From positions 24,614,001-24,678,000 of the forward strand of contig CM022673.1 in the NCBI GenBank assembly GCA_012295275.1: 64,000 bases of DNA, written 5' to 3'. Below are positions 12,801 through 26,734 of the stretch, in pieces. The notes beneath the pieces are model-generated. The model ran no database searches. It was not told the origin of the DNA and saw only the letters and a program-made list of their open reading frames with translations. This DNA comes from Chrysomallon squamiferum (Eukaryota > Animalia > Mollusca). A program made the translations under genes and the position numbers. How positions within the stretch are numbered: the stretch's first letter is position 1; every line of letters starts with the position of its first letter.

Positions 12801-15768
12801 AGGAAACAAGTGAAGAAATAGAAAATCTGACTACAGAACTTCGGGGAGATATAGAAGTAAGAATTTTTAAATTTTTTTAATGTTATTAGAATTTATGGAT
12901 AGTGGTAGAATATATATTAATATATTTATAATTATTATATCAAAAAATATATGTAGTTATATAAATTCATAATTAATATATTTAATTACATATATTTATA
13001 CATACATACATGCATGCATACATACATGCAAGCAAGCATACATACATACATAAATACATACATACATACAACAAATATATATATATTTGTTTATATTTCT
13101 TTTATATTTTCTATAAGAAGAGAATTTTTTGAACAAGTTTTCACAAAATTTGCATTAAACATTCAAATCATAAATCAGTAAAGACTGCTCATGCCTCTAT
13201 GTTGAAACATCAGATTACACACTTGTACATGGTTTTACTTCTTCCCTCAGAACCAGAAGAAGAAGATGACCCACGAAGCCCAAAAGGAAACAAAAAAGTC
13301 ATCAAAAGACAAAGTGCCAGTCCCACAAACCAACGGCGAAGCTAAAGAACGGAATGACAAGAAGCTGTTTGAAGACAGCTGTGTGAAAAGTGACATGAAC
13401 TCTGTATCAGTGCCAGAGATTACTTCCATCTGCAGCGAGCAAGCACAAAAAAACCCTGCTCCTCTGAGGAGGTACGCGACTCACAGCAACACAAGAGAGT
13501 TCCAGGGCATGCACCAGCTCTACAGCCTCGACCTACAGGACAACAACACCAGTGTTGGAGAACAGTACGACACCTACCAGGATGACATGATGCCACCGAG
13601 CTATCGAGATGGACGACCTCCTGATACTGTGAGTTTTTTTTCCTTTTTGAAACAGAGTTTTTGTTCTGTTATGTTCTATATTTAAAATTAAAACTGACAA
13701 ATGTTCTTGTTAAAAACACTAATTAATCAACTTATTGATTCAAACAAAAAATTAATTAACAAAACTCACCAGTGGAATATATTTTTATTGACTTTAGAAT
13801 ATTTGCAGCAATATTCCTTATGGTCTAACTTACAAGAGTATTCTTAATAAAGAGTAATTAAACAGTATACATTTAGCTTAATTCAAAACCTTGGACTTGT
13901 AATTTCTGTGAGGTTATGTTTTAACCTATGGTCATCAGTTAAAACAGTTAAAATTGACTAATTTGAAGAATGATTTTGTAACTGAAGCTTGACCAGATAG
14001 ACCACTGTGTAATCTGACTCTGTCCTGTTTTAGCCACCAGCAGGCCAGTCTAGGTCTGCCAAATCTAGTTCACGTCAAGTGCTTGGTAAGACTGTGTGTT
14101 TATCACTGCACTGCTTCTAACAACCCTTGCCATTTTTGTCATGTAACTGTAATCCAGTTTGCACCACATTTTTTTCTCTTTATTTGACAGTTTATATCTT
14201 TTTTTTTTATCTATTTATTTATTTTTTATATTATTTTTGTTTAATGTTGTAAATATTACTCAAAAATAAAAAATGTCAAGTTTAATATTTATGTAAAAAT
14301 TTGCTAAAATATGACATTGCTTGCTGGTTGAAGCATTTGATATAATTTATGTGTGCTCTGCATATATCTTCATGTATGTGACATTAACATCCAGTGGTTT
14401 GAAAACAGTGTTATTAAAACATATTTGAATTACATCCTTCATTCATATACACTACATTCAGTGCTTTGAAATGAGTGCTTCAAAAATATTTACATTATAT
14501 CATCCTTCACCCTTTACATACTTCAGTGCTTTGAAAAGCTTTATTTAAAATATTTACATTATATCATCCTTCAGTGCTTTGAAAAATTTCAATAAGAAAT
14601 ATACATTATATCATCCTTCATTCATATACACTACTTCAGTGTTTTGAAATGAGTATTAAACATATTCACATTATATCATCCTTCATTCATATACACTACT
14701 TCAGTGCTTTGAAATGAGTTTTATTAAACATATTTACATTATATCATCCTTCATTCCTCACAGAGCTTGTTTTGCACATCTGACTGCATGTCAACTCATT
14801 AATTTTAAACATACATAATCTGATTTGTCTTCATAAATTAAAAATTAAAAATCTATTAATCACATTCATACTTTTAAGTCCATTTAAATGAAGTAATAAT
14901 TAATCACTGTCTTTAAGAAAGGAACTATAATTCAGTTGTTAGGCTGATGGCTCAATGGATCATGGGATACAAAATTAAACTCACTGGGCTATTGCCTTAC
15001 CCTCTGTTTTATTTACCAATGGTTATAGTTATTACTTTTTTTTTGTTGTCTTTTTTAATTTCTGTATACAAGAAAGTGGATATTAAAACAATCAATTGCT
15101 GTGAATTAATGTATAAAATGATAACAGGTGGCATTAATGGTCTAGAAACTATTAATAAAAAAAGTGTTAAGATATTTAAACAACTTATTTATTTTCATTC
15201 ATTCATTCATTGCTTTGGTGTGCGTACAGAAAATATTATTATTTTTTTTTTTTTGTTAATGCTTGACACTGTGTTTTGCGCATTTGTGGCTTCATGAAAT
15301 CAGTTTGATTTGTAAACAAGTTTGTCATAAACCCCAGATTTTAAAATGTGTTTATTTGAGATTTCAGTACAGTCAGCCTGTTTCAAAATCAATCATCGTT
15401 TGTCAAATTACACTCAATAATAAAAGAATACTTTAAATTAAAATAAATGTAACATTTATCTTTTTTCTTCTGAAAATTTTGTTTTCACTCATGTTAAAAT
15501 AAATTTAAATTTTTTAAAGTTATTTTTACTAAACTACAAAATATCTGCAATATCTGCATAGATCTATACTTCTGACAGAATTTACCACTAAAAATTAAAA
15601 ATTTATTTCTGATATTAATCTGCACATTATTTTATTTCAGAAGCCATCCCCACAAAAATCTCCCTGATGATTTGCCGCGACCATCATGACATGCAACGCT
15701 CCACATCAAACTTCACTCGCAATGGACGCCCACCATTTTACAGAACCCATCATGTGAAGAGAAAATAA
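152..15768 (+). CDS. 5'-truncated multi-exon gene, unidentified protein with long Ser/Arg/Lys-rich low-complexity C-terminal region
   Basis: Phase-consistent GT-AG exons: 152-196 (VLSADSRIRRLCTVK), 1775-1841 (TEYLEALTEAYLKNGIPLVTEQ), [3878-4000], [5710-5817], 10454-10581 (AEEEYLRNQIQGFQSP...), 10873-10939, 11315-11410, 11848-11925, 12348-12576, 12778-12856, 13251-13628, 14034-14085, 15641-15768 (EAIPTKISLMICRDHH...GRPPFYRTHHVKRK*, TAA 15766-15768). The frame stays open across all junctions. No recognisable domain lies in the window. Confidence 0.8.
3878..4000 (+). CDS. 123-nt symmetric (phase 1-1) exon of gene 1, VPHLRYSGNSQAFPNMPLCPHHEQTFSAQSIACQLQNMQYG
   Basis: tgtctccacag acceptor, GAG/gtaact donor, open in the phase required by the flanking exons, GC-richer than the surrounding intron. 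Confidence 0.7.
4990..5080. repeat. 29-bp tandem repeat x3 (tgtagctgtgattgttcaaaccattgtat)
   Basis: Three near-identical adjacent copies. Confidence 0.85.
5710..5817 (+). CDS. 108-nt symmetric (phase 1-1) exon of gene 1, ESVPVSNPEFKGGRLKKLKDKRQQDKDLAPVTSTPL
   Basis: tctacttag acceptor, TGG/gtatta donor, open in phase 1; read-through of the donor gives GIIT* (TGA 5829-5831), so it could also be an alternative last exon. Confidence 0.6.
14385..14757. repeat. Minisatellite, ~60-bp unit acattatatcatccttcattcatatacactacttcagtgctttgaaa, ~6 degenerate copies
   Basis: Recurring catccttca and cagtgctttgaaa blocks in the last intron of gene 1. Confidence 0.8.
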
Positions 15769-16924
15769 TTTTCTCTTGTTGTGTTCAACTTAACCACTGC
15801 TGAAATCCTGAAATTTCAGACAAAAAAAACCTCAACTTTATCAGAACTAGACTTCTATTTTCAATCTCAACTTGAGTCATGATAAAAAATATTTAAGAAA
15901 CCCAGACTTCTTCATTATGTTTTTATCATCTTAGAAAACAGACAAAATTACAGCATTTTCTATTGACATTATCTGAAAAAACCCTGAAATGACATGTTTG
16001 TGGTCCTCGCAATCACCCCCAGGATTATACAAGTTCTTTGGGTTTTTTTTATTTATTATTCAAACATTAGCAGTGTTGCTACCAGTTTTATCTTATTTAT
16101 TTCAGCTGTGAATTGTAAAATGAAGGGAATCAAAAACAGATGATTTATACCTATACTTAATACAACCAAGAAAATAATTCTAGTTATTTATAGAACACAA
16201 AATCAATTAGAATTTAATATTTATGCAATGTTTTACTAATATTGCTCAATGATTTAATATATGCAATTTTATAAAGAAGATTATTTTAATATGTATTTAA
16301 ATTATAGATTGGTATGCATGCTGCTTCATATTTGTGATAATTATACAGTATTGATAGAAAGAAATACATTTCAGAACTATTGTTATTTTATTTTTCAATT
16401 GTTTTTAGGTGTTTTATTTATTTATTATTATTTTATTTTATTTCATTAAATGATTATGATGTACAAAAAAAAAGTCTGTTCAGTTTTAAATTATAAAATT
16501 TACAATCAACATTTAGAGATAATTCTAAATCTTTGTGTTTTATGCACATTTTGTTTGTCAGATGTACATTTTATTTTCCAGTGAAACCATGTTTATTTTA
16601 TTTTATTTTTATTTTAAAAATCTTACAAGAGTATACACAGTGCTACCAACATAAGGTCTATAGTGAATAACAGTAGGATCCCTCCACAATTGTTTAAAAA
16701 CTATTTTATTTTAGTGAATTATAAACTTATAATTTGAATGAATTTGTTGTTTTTATTCATATTTGTGCAGTATATGTAAATATTACCAAAACTGTAATTT
16801 TTGCAAGTCCTGTGTTTGTTATAGTTAAGTACATTAAGCCAAATCCTTATTTAAACAGTCAGTGAATGGATTATTAAAGACTGCACTAGGCTTTCCTATC
16901 ATATTAAAAATGTCTTTACTAAAC

Positions 16925-16965
<41 letters not shown>

Positions 16966-17216
16966 TATTAAACATTTTAATATCAAAATTCATTCATAAT
17001 GGGAGTACATGCTGATATTTTCTTATAACAGGTTATCACCTGACAGCTCATTAATAATAGAAAACCATTAACTAATTAAAGTAATGAAGATTACATTTTG
17101 ATGGTAGTTTGAAAGTCAGAGCTGTCTGTGATTGTCCAGAAGACTCTGTAGAAAAATAGTTCTCTTAACCATACACAAATTAACTATTGATTATTGTGCA
17201 TTTAACAAACACATTT

Positions 17217-17265
17217 AATAAAACAACAAACAAGAAGTATACAGAAACTTTAATGCCATTTTATT
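17217..17265. terminator. Convergent polyadenylation signals of gene 1 (+, AATAAA 17217-17222) and SRSF3 (-, AATAAA 17265-17260)
   Basis: Opposed hexamers ~40 bp apart where the plus strand switches from T-rich to A-rich. Confidence 0.4.
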
Positions 17266-19230
17266 TAATCACCTAACTATATTTCATCAATATCAGTTAG
17301 ATCAGTAAGTGGCACAAAGTTAAAACAAGTAAAATTATACTTACATTGATTGATATTATATACAACTTTATTTGAGCAAATCATATGTTAACGAATCAAG
17401 AAAAATACTTATTCCACGAAAACAAAAACAACAGTGATCTTGGATATACAATTTATTATTCTATTTTACCTGTTAATTTTTTTCATTCTCAAGTATTCAA
17501 TATTCGAGTTGAAACATGTAATAAATGATTTAATCATTATTCAGTGTATTACCTATTCAATTTCTGTACAAGTAAATAAATATTGTCAATACATTATGAC
17601 TCTACAAACATTTTCACAGACGGCAAAGGCAAGAACGTAACCAAACATGATCTAGATCACCTGTACCACTGTAATTTTATTAAAGCATGGTTAATTTTCC
17701 TGTGTTTTAGAATACAGCCAAAATTTCAAGTTTTATGTCAGCCACAAGTTTTGTTATGTCACATGACAACAAATAGTGGCTCTGTGCACATAAACTAAAC
17801 AAAGAAATATGTAATAAAAATCATCCTCTCATCTGAATACAAATAAAATTGTAAAAACATAAAAAGATAATCATTGTGATCAGTATTTTACAATGAACAC
17901 TATTCAGTAGACAATTAAATAAAACTATCTATCAAGCCAAATTTTCATACACAAAACATCTGTGTCATAACAAAAGTAAAACACATATCAGTAACAAAAG
18001 TAAAATCCAAAACAAAACTACCACAATTAAAACTCATTATTTTTTTAATAATCAACTGACACAAAAATTGATAAAAATGAAAAAAAATAAAAAATAAAGT
18101 TACCAAAATTCTTCTTTTCAATTTTTAATATATTTTTTTTAATATTAAAATCAATCCAGTGATTTTCATTAACACAGAATATTAAAAGAAAACTTCAGCA
18201 GAGATTAATAAAACTTCAGTTCGAATCAGTAAAACAGTAACAGAAAGTAAGGACACTTATTTACAGTAATAAACAAACCTGTATTTGTTACATTTAACAA
18301 ATGTAATTTTATTTAAATTTGATTTTCATTTATATAATTTATTTGTTTTTCTCACAGTAATTTGGCACTATGTAAGTATTTTGATTTTACATATTTTGAC
18401 ATATTCAGGATACACATACATGATTAAAACATTTAACAAAACATTTTTTCCAATCTCTATATTATCATTATCAAACTGGCAAAGATTATTTTTGATGTAA
18501 CCAATCTGGTGGACAGCTACTACTATTTTATTTTATTATGTGATCTCTAAAACCTGCAACCATAGCACTGCCCAAAATATTGTTTTTATTTCATATTCAG
18601 ATAGATATTAGACATTTTGCACCAAATACACATTGTTTTCTTCTGTGCACATATAAATCAAACAAAGAAAAATATAACAAAAATTACTACAAATAATTAC
18701 TATTTATTAAAAAAAATAATAATAAATAAATAATTTTCAAAACTAAAAAATATAAAAATAATAAAACATTAAACATATTTAAGCATTTTCATTTTCCTTA
18801 ATGACAGAAAACTAAGGTTTTGTTTACATTTTATATTATTAAAAAAAGATAAAAAAGTAAAAAAAAATTAAAAATAAATAAAAAGAAGAAAAGGAATTGT
18901 GAAATTAACAAGAAGTATGAAAAAACATATTCTGACAAAAGGATTTCAACAAAGCTGGTTTTTGATTAACTTACTAAAAACTATGCAATAACAGTAATTT
19001 AGTGTGCAATGCATAAAAACACTATAACAAAAAGCATGTAAAAAATATGATGGATAAATATTAATGCTCTACTATTTTCACTTTCCAACATTATATAAAA
19101 TGACATTTAAAATCAAGGGGTAACGCTAACTTGATTAAGACATCGAATTATGTAGGTTCTTGCTTATTTTCATTCTCACACTTAGTGTCAAGTTTTAATT
19201 ACTGGATACCATTCTTAATAGAAGCTGAAA

Positions 19231-19678
19231 CTGAAAAAAAAAAAAAAAGCTAGTGAGAAAAATCTACTTTTATCAATTATAAACTGAGAAATCATCAATA
19301 AATAAAACTAATAAGACATTTTTCTTTTTACAAAAGTCTAGAATGCTGTATAAATAGAACCTTCATAAAATATACCAAACATTATTGATTTAAAACAGAT
19401 ATTTTACATATAACAGAATAATATAAATATATTTTATTTTATCAAGCAGTCGCTATAAAATTTAATCATCATCAATCATGCAAAAAAAAAATTTTTTTTT
19501 TAAATATTGAAAACTAACTCCACAAAGGATTCAATAAATCATGTATAATTTCCATAACAATGAATATATTTTACATTATAAATGTGCCGTTTCTTTGTGC
19601 ACAGTAAATTTATTGAAAACATACATGCACTACACAGACGTGACCAGAATGTGCTGCTACTTCGTGACAGTGACTTAC
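19231..19678 (-). other. Intron in the SRSF3 3' UTR
   Basis: Perfect AAG/gtaagt donor 17 nt after the stop codon; poly-T+cag acceptor at 19231 on the minus strand. Confidence 0.7.
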
Positions 19679-19695
19679 CTTATGGTGACAGATAT

Positions 19696-19960
19696 TTATC
19701 GACTTCTGCTTCGTCTACGAGGTGATCCTGAATCACTTCTGCTTCTTCGCCTTGGTGACATGGATCGTCTTCTTGGAGAAAAAGATCTGTAACACAACAG
19801 TACAGTTAGCCGAATGTTAGTGAACTTTCACAGAAAAAACTGAGACAGCTTCATCTTCGAGATTCTCTTTTCCTAACATTTCACTTTGCGAACATACAAA
19901 CAGGCAGTATTTTGTTCTTGATATTAAAAAGTTATATCTCAACATTTAATGTAAAATAAA

Positions 19961-19992
<32 letters not shown>

Positions 19993-21375
19993 ATTTTACC
20001 GTATTTTCAAGATTAAAACCAAACAGATGTTGTAAACACTGAAGAGAAAGAGAGAAATGAAGAATAGATATTTACATTTAACAGGACTATGTTGGTACCA
20101 TTTTCCTTCAAAATAAAATTAAGAAGTTCCTGGAAATATATGTTAAGTCATATTTTTATATTTATCATGTAGACCATAAAAATTAAGTATATTCATCGGC
20201 TATTCCTCAGCATTACAGGTCTGGTCTGACAATATTTAAAAAAAGAAATTTTAAAATTAGATTTTTTGTTTCTGAATGGGTTTTTTTATTTTGTTTTTTT
20301 TTACTTATGCGAGTTTTCCATACAAGATATTCATTTTAAGAGATTTCTGATTGTTATTAACACTTAACCATAGACTTCAATTCAGTATTATTTCCAGACA
20401 AATGGATAGGCAAAAAAAAATATGTACCATGGAATCATTTCACTGAAGATTAGATTATGAGTACTGGTATCATAAACAGTGGTGTGGGTATATATATTTA
20501 TATATCAGGTATATTTAAAATTTTCTTTTAGTATACATTTACAAAAAGAGTGTACAAAGTATTCTGTGAAAGGAAAATGGTACACTAGTCATTATTTTAA
20601 ACATTTCCAATGATAAACAAAACACATTAATAATCATGCACATTTACCTTTAAAATATGTGACTACCACACATTAGTTTTACAATGTCATGAGACAAAAA
20701 TACAACAAATTTTTTTTTTTTTTTTTTTTTTTTTTCACAATCTACTACGTTCCCTAATTTACCCATACCCTTTTGCGGGAGAAAGTTATTGATGAGTCAG
20801 ATGAATTGCTTCAAATGTTGCTTTCTTTAGGAAGCTGATGATAAAGTTGGAATTGCTGCCTGCTGATTCGTAGCTTGAAGAACGGCTGACATGTGTTGTT
20901 ATGGTGACAAGAAGAAAGGGGCTGTTTGTTGAGGCAGCGACAAGAGGCGTGGTGGAAAACGTGGAAATTGAGGGGACACCTAAATGTGTTGCAAGTCCCA
21001 CGTTGAGTTTGCAATGACGATGGGGCTGCAGTAAGCGCCGACACCCCATGGTGACTTGGAAGCGATGTCAAAGGGCATGTCAAGTGACCGACACTATGTT
21101 GAACAAAAGGGGAGGTTGTTGGATGAGCCTGCAATGGGGTCGGTGAACACATTATAATAAGACATTCTGCTTCACTAGCCTAATACAATGAGATGAAAGA
21201 CATTATGAATCAAAAAAAACAACATACATTTATTATTAATACTAAGTATCTGTCATTGTTGTAACAGTACATTAAGGGCCAAATGAAAAAAAAAAGTAGA
21301 ATAAGATGATTTAAATCTTAAATAAATCTGACCTGTACATATAATATAAAGCATCTTCACTTACAATATATTAGT

Positions 21376-21412
<37 letters not shown>

Positions 21413-24400
21413 CTAGAGAAATAATTATACATTTCACTAAATGAATGTATGCATACAGATAAGCAGTCTCCTACATTAGTTTTTATAACCTTGTTTCATA
21501 ATACTTACCACAATTAAAATGTTACATGTTACCCTATACTATGTATGTTACCTTAATCATGATGTTGTATATCATATTATACTGCTGGATTAAATAAAAA
21601 AAACTTCAAACAACAAATAACTGAACATTAATAAAGTATGGACTTAAAAAAAAGAAGAAGATTAACAGCACTGTTTATCATTATTTTATATCTTGTATGT
21701 ATCCTTATGGATTCCTGTTTCATTTAATTATTAAATCATTTTGGTTAGGAAAAAAAAAGAAAAAAAGAGAGAAAGAGACTGAGAGAATCTTCATTTGTTT
21801 TAAACAAGAATTTAAAAATAACAAATGACATGCAATGAGTAACTTACAGGACAGAATCACAATGTATGTAACATGCTATTATTTATTTTGTTTACATTCC
21901 TCATTCAACTATTGTCTGTAATGATACGGCAGACAAAGTTACTTACTTAAAAGCAGTATTGAATTATGCATTTTGAATGCATAATGGTATCAGTTGACAT
22001 TAGTTTTCGCTGATGGTTAGCTGATCAAAACAATTATTAACATTTTTTAATTGCAGGGAAAAAAATATGTAAATATCATTATAGAGATGCAAGGTAAACA
22101 TCTTTCAAACATCAGTGATTAAAATATAAAAATTACCATTTTGTAAAGTTAAACACAGTTGATGGTTTGTTTTATTTCTACAACTTTTGACTTAAAATAA
22201 TTTAAATGTCTGAAATCTGAAAGCAATTCTGAGTTAGTAAAACTAATCAATAGCATCTACGAAGTAAATTCAGAACCATGTACCAAAAGAAAAAAATTTT
22301 TATTTTCAGCATCAGCAGAAATGAAAGGAATAAAAACTGTTTCATGCTTGAACATGCAAAATATCATATGTAAAAATCAGTGCTGTATTTAAAAAAAAAA
22401 AAAAAAAATTTTATTTTAATACTTTTAAATAAAAATTATTATTAATGTAACTAAATTATAAATATCACTACAGGAAAAATGTACAGGAATTGGATTAAAA
22501 TACATTTCTTTGGAATCACTTCAGTAGATTTTTTTTCTCCATTTAATTGTGAATTATTCATGTTCTTATAAGCAGCAGGCTCAATAATAATAAAATAACA
22601 TCAAAACAAAAAGACATCACTTGTTACAACAAGAAAAGATGCATAAGAAAGGATATACTTTTATATTGATTTGTCATTTCTTTAAAGGTTAAATATTAAA
22701 AATTCATGCTAAAGATAGCTTATGATGCCAAATCTGATGAAAAATAAATATTAAGATATTCTAATAATATTAGGAACAATTTATCAGTTTTCTGAATTTC
22801 TTTTCTTTTTTTTTTCTTCTTTTTTTTAAATTTTTACTATACTATTTATACAATAAATATCTGCACCCAGATGGGGAGAAAAAAATGCCAAAATATATAA
22901 CTGGGATTCAGTTTAAAAAATAGGCAGTGTGTTCAAATATATCATATATTGTTGTGTATTTTCATTTTATTTAGAGACAGAATGTATAACAAGACCACAA
23001 TACAACAAAACAATCCAGAAAACAATAAAAATATATATATATATATATATATATTGAAAATGAAATCAAAAATATAATTATCAAACATAATTAAATAGTA
23101 AATGATTTAAAAATCAGTAACTAAAATTTCATAAGTAAATTATTTCTTTTTAAAAAATTTAAACACTGTCTTGGATGGAATGCAAATGTGATTTCCTTAA
23201 AAACTGTTATCACTTAGTTAAATATGTCTGATCAAAATGATGGTTATCAGTTCTTTTTGCACCATTTATACAACCACGATCCAGTTGAGGATCAGTGTAT
23301 TGAAATATTTTAACTTCAAATAAAATAATTAATTCATGACATAATCTACTTAACTGCAGATTTGGAGGGATTCAGTCAAGTGAAGTAATTTAATACTGTT
23401 TTAACATATTATGTTTCACATGTCAATTCAAACAATTAAACCTGGAAGTAGTTCTTTTTGCATAAACATGCATCAAGCAATTTTGAAAAAAAAAATAATA
23501 TAAATAATAAATTTAAAAAAAAAATAAAGCATGTTATTCTATTAATCAAAACTTTATAATTTTTATTTCTGACATATAAAAAAAAATGTATTCTTCTTAA
23601 TATAGCTTTGAAAATTATAGCATTTTTACAAACATTTTGCAGTTAGTTCTATTAAGTAATAATTTTTTAAGAAGAAAATAAACATTCAGGATATACGAGA
23701 AATGAAAATACCTGGATCTGCCTCTCCTTGGCTTTCTTTCCTCTTCATAGCGACCCCCTACTCTAGTGGGTGGAGGCCCACGACTACCCCATCTTGATTT
23801 ACCCGAAGACATCTCAACTCTAACTCTGCGACCATTCACTCTTCTAAAAAAACAAAATAAAAATCGCAAACTATTACAGCAACATCACGTATTAATAATA
23901 AAATTTTGTACAGTAGTTAACTAAAATAACTAAAACCTAGTATTAAATTAAGAAAGTAGATACTATAAAATGTATATGAACTCAATAAGAAGTGTTATGA
24001 AAATGAAAGGAAAGCATAAACTGCTGGGACTTTAATTCCCTTATAAAAGTTAAAAACAAAACTTTCCAGGTTTTGGACATCCAAAACATGTTGTGGACCA
24101 AAAATTGGTTTTAATCATTCAAAATATGGACAAGGATTAACATTTATTTTTATCAATGTTCTAAAATTATGTCAGTATGTACTTATTTTAAACATTTAAT
24201 AAATAAATAAATAAAATATAATAAAATAATGAATGTTAATTTTATATTCTATCTAACTGTTAAAAACGGTTTTATAGAAATCTGTATTTCTCATATGTCA
24301 TAATGTAATCTTTTTGCTATTTAGTAACAGATCATAAATGAATACTTTAATGAAATGAGTATAATTACTAATCAGATTGACCTGAAACTTGACAATAACT

Positions 24401-24676
24401 GTAAACCAAAAGAAATTTCATCACTTTTCTGTAGATAAATATTTTAACTCAAATTGTAACTTACTGTCCATCTAAGGCTCTTGTTGCATCCTCAGCATCT
24501 CTGGGATCTTCAAATTCAACAAAGGCAAAACCTGGTGGTTTCCTAGCAACCCACACATTTCTCAGAGGTCCATACTTTCCAAACCTCTCTTCCAGTTCTT
24601 GCTTGGCAGCACCGTAACCAAGGTCACCAACATACACTTTGCAGTCCAAGCGCCAGTCTCTTACATTACGAGACAT
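19696..24676 (-). CDS. SRSF3: SR splicing factor of the SRSF3 (SRp20)/Drosophila Rbp1 type, 144 aa: one RRM + short RS domain
   Basis: Coding exons 24676-24465 ([20 protein letters not shown]...[32 protein letters not shown]; RNP2 VYVGDL, RNP1 PGFAFVEF), 23843-23712 ([17 protein letters not shown]...RGRS) and 19786-19696 ([30 protein letters not shown]). There is no CCHC zinc knuckle, so it is SRSF3/Rbp1-like rather than SRSF7. Non-coding exon 1 ends at 26158 (CAG/gtattt); exon 2 acceptor at 24693. Confidence 0.93.
20769..21128 (-). other. Poison (PTC-containing) cassette exon in SRSF3 intron 3
   Basis: GC-richer island in an AT-rich intron. Minus-strand acceptor ccccattgcag/GCTCATCC at 21128 and donor AAGG/gtatgg at 20769 (alternative G/gtaaat at 20763). 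Inclusion adds [15 protein letters not shown] then TGA at 21082-21080. Rich in CATC/CAAC/TCAAC words. Confidence 0.8.
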
Positions 24677-26256
24677 TTTGATTATTATGCTGCCTGAAGA
24701 TGATATTAAAACTAATTATTTGTGCTGATTTTGTTATATATATATATATATATTCTGTTCTGAATGTAGTAAAAGATTAAACTGCAACATCATTTGTTTG
24801 CATAAATCATAACACATAGTGACATGTACTATTATTTTAAAATAGAAAATATTTAATGCACATCATTGTTTTATACAGTGGCAATGAAATTCGTACTTAT
24901 ACAGATTCAAAAATATTAATTCATGTAGGTGTTTTTTCTATTTACTTTTTGTTCAGTTTAGCCTTTAGTATTTCTGATTTGAGCTTTTATGTAGGGTTAG
25001 TCTACATGTTTGAGGAGTTTCTTTGTAAAGAATCAGGTTTGAGTATTTGATTAGGGTTATGTTCAGACTTCTGTTTTTGATTTGTGTTAGGAATGACATA
25101 AATTTTTTTTTTCCCCCACCCTAAAGCAATGCTTCACTTCTGTAACTCTTACCAATAGTTATTCATAATGTCATGTGTTATATTTTAGACGTTTATGAAC
25201 ATTAAGTATCTGTTCTAAAGTTTTTAAATAATTTTAAAATCTCTTACGATGTTTTATATACTGAACATGATTAGAATTCTGACCATTCCATCATAGGGTT
25301 TAGGCAGGACTGGATAAACCTAATAACAACAGCAGCATTATGTAACCCACAGCGCAGATCAAAACAGACGGAATTAGAACATTCTCACTTTAACAAGCAC
25401 TGAACATGAACTTCTGTATGAAATACACATTTCCAGTTTCAAGAAGCAATTTGTTCTTGCTAAATATAGAAAATGTAACTTTTAAATTGTTTTTCTTTAC
25501 TTTTGACATATGAAATGTATACCAATATGTTAGTAATACTATTACTTATTTGACATATATTGCCATTTTAAAAAAAAATTAAAATGTATGTAAATAATTT
25601 TTGTTTCAATAATTATGTGTATTTTCTTTTAATTTAGGGCCCCTTTGTAGCATATGCTATAGGCCACACATTAAAAATCAGGTTCTAGGATTATGCATTT
25701 CATTTGCCATTCATTCCTGAATCATCATTAAAATTCTCGTAAATTATTTCACACAGAATTTGATTGCCTGACCCTTAACTCGAGTGTAACTTTAAGTCTA
25801 AACTGAGACTTAACTTAGTCTTAAGTAGAGCAAATAACCTACACGGTAAACCATAAAGATGAAGTAAATTAATTATCCACATTTCAATTTGTGAGGTGAA
25901 TAAATTTGACTAACAACAAGTAACTGATTCATTATTCCTGTCGTTGAGTCTTTATACACATAATTATGATAATAATCACTGAATCACTGTGACTGTAATC
26001 GTAATGATAACCATAATGTTTATAAAAAAAAACCTCACGAACACTGACCGACTGACTCCTGAGCTACATTTCTCAAATTATGATCTGACTATGTAAAACA
26101 TACCTATTACCGATTACATAACAAACTGCTTATCTATTAATAATCAAATTCAAATACCTGAAACCAGTTACGGTTTTAAAAACGAGACTTCTTCAGCTTC
26201 AATATGTAAAACAACGAAAAGAAATGTTTTCAATGGAAGCTACTGAAGTATCGAAA

Positions 26257-26266
26257 GCGCATGCGC
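26257..26266. promoter_or_regulatory. NRF1-type palindrome GCGCATGCGC at the SRSF3 promoter
   Basis: Exact palindrome ~100 bp upstream of the exon-1 donor in an otherwise CpG-poor region; matches the NRF1/Ewg consensus typical of housekeeping promoters. Confidence 0.6.
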
Positions 26267-26684
26267 TCAACAAACATTTGGTTCTGTGTAAATCCCACTA
26301 TTTCGAAGCTTGCTTTGCAAAATTTAATTATTTATTCGATTTAAACATGATAAATAAACATTATGAAATAAATTTTAGTTAATATTATGTTAATTCAACA
26401 TAAAAATATAGGAATAAATTAGGTAGTACCAAGCAGAATTTATATATCAAAAGGAACCATAAATATTTACAGAATTTATGTTATAATGCACTGTTTTAAC
26501 AGAGAGCTGCAGCTTTTTATATGATATATGTTTGGTTTATATCAGAACAATTAATGTTAACATTATTTTCAGAATGACTTTTGCATAAAGTAACTAAGAG
26601 ATTGATGCAAAATTGTTGTTTGTTAATGTGTTTTCGCAGTGTTTTTTTTTTTTTTTTTTGCCTGATAACTGATATTTAAAACGT

Positions 26685-26734
<50 letters not shown>

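Noticed and set aside
152-15768. Assignment of gene 1 to a named family (vague resemblance to long C-terminal tails of cytosolic carboxypeptidase-like proteins)
   Set aside because: No catalytic or diagnostic motif lies in the window; cannot be supported without a database search.
20786-21152. 87-aa and 113-aa minus-strand ORFs
   Set aside because: They overlap the SRSF3 poison exon in other frames and reflect its higher GC; no promoter or domain supports an independent gene.
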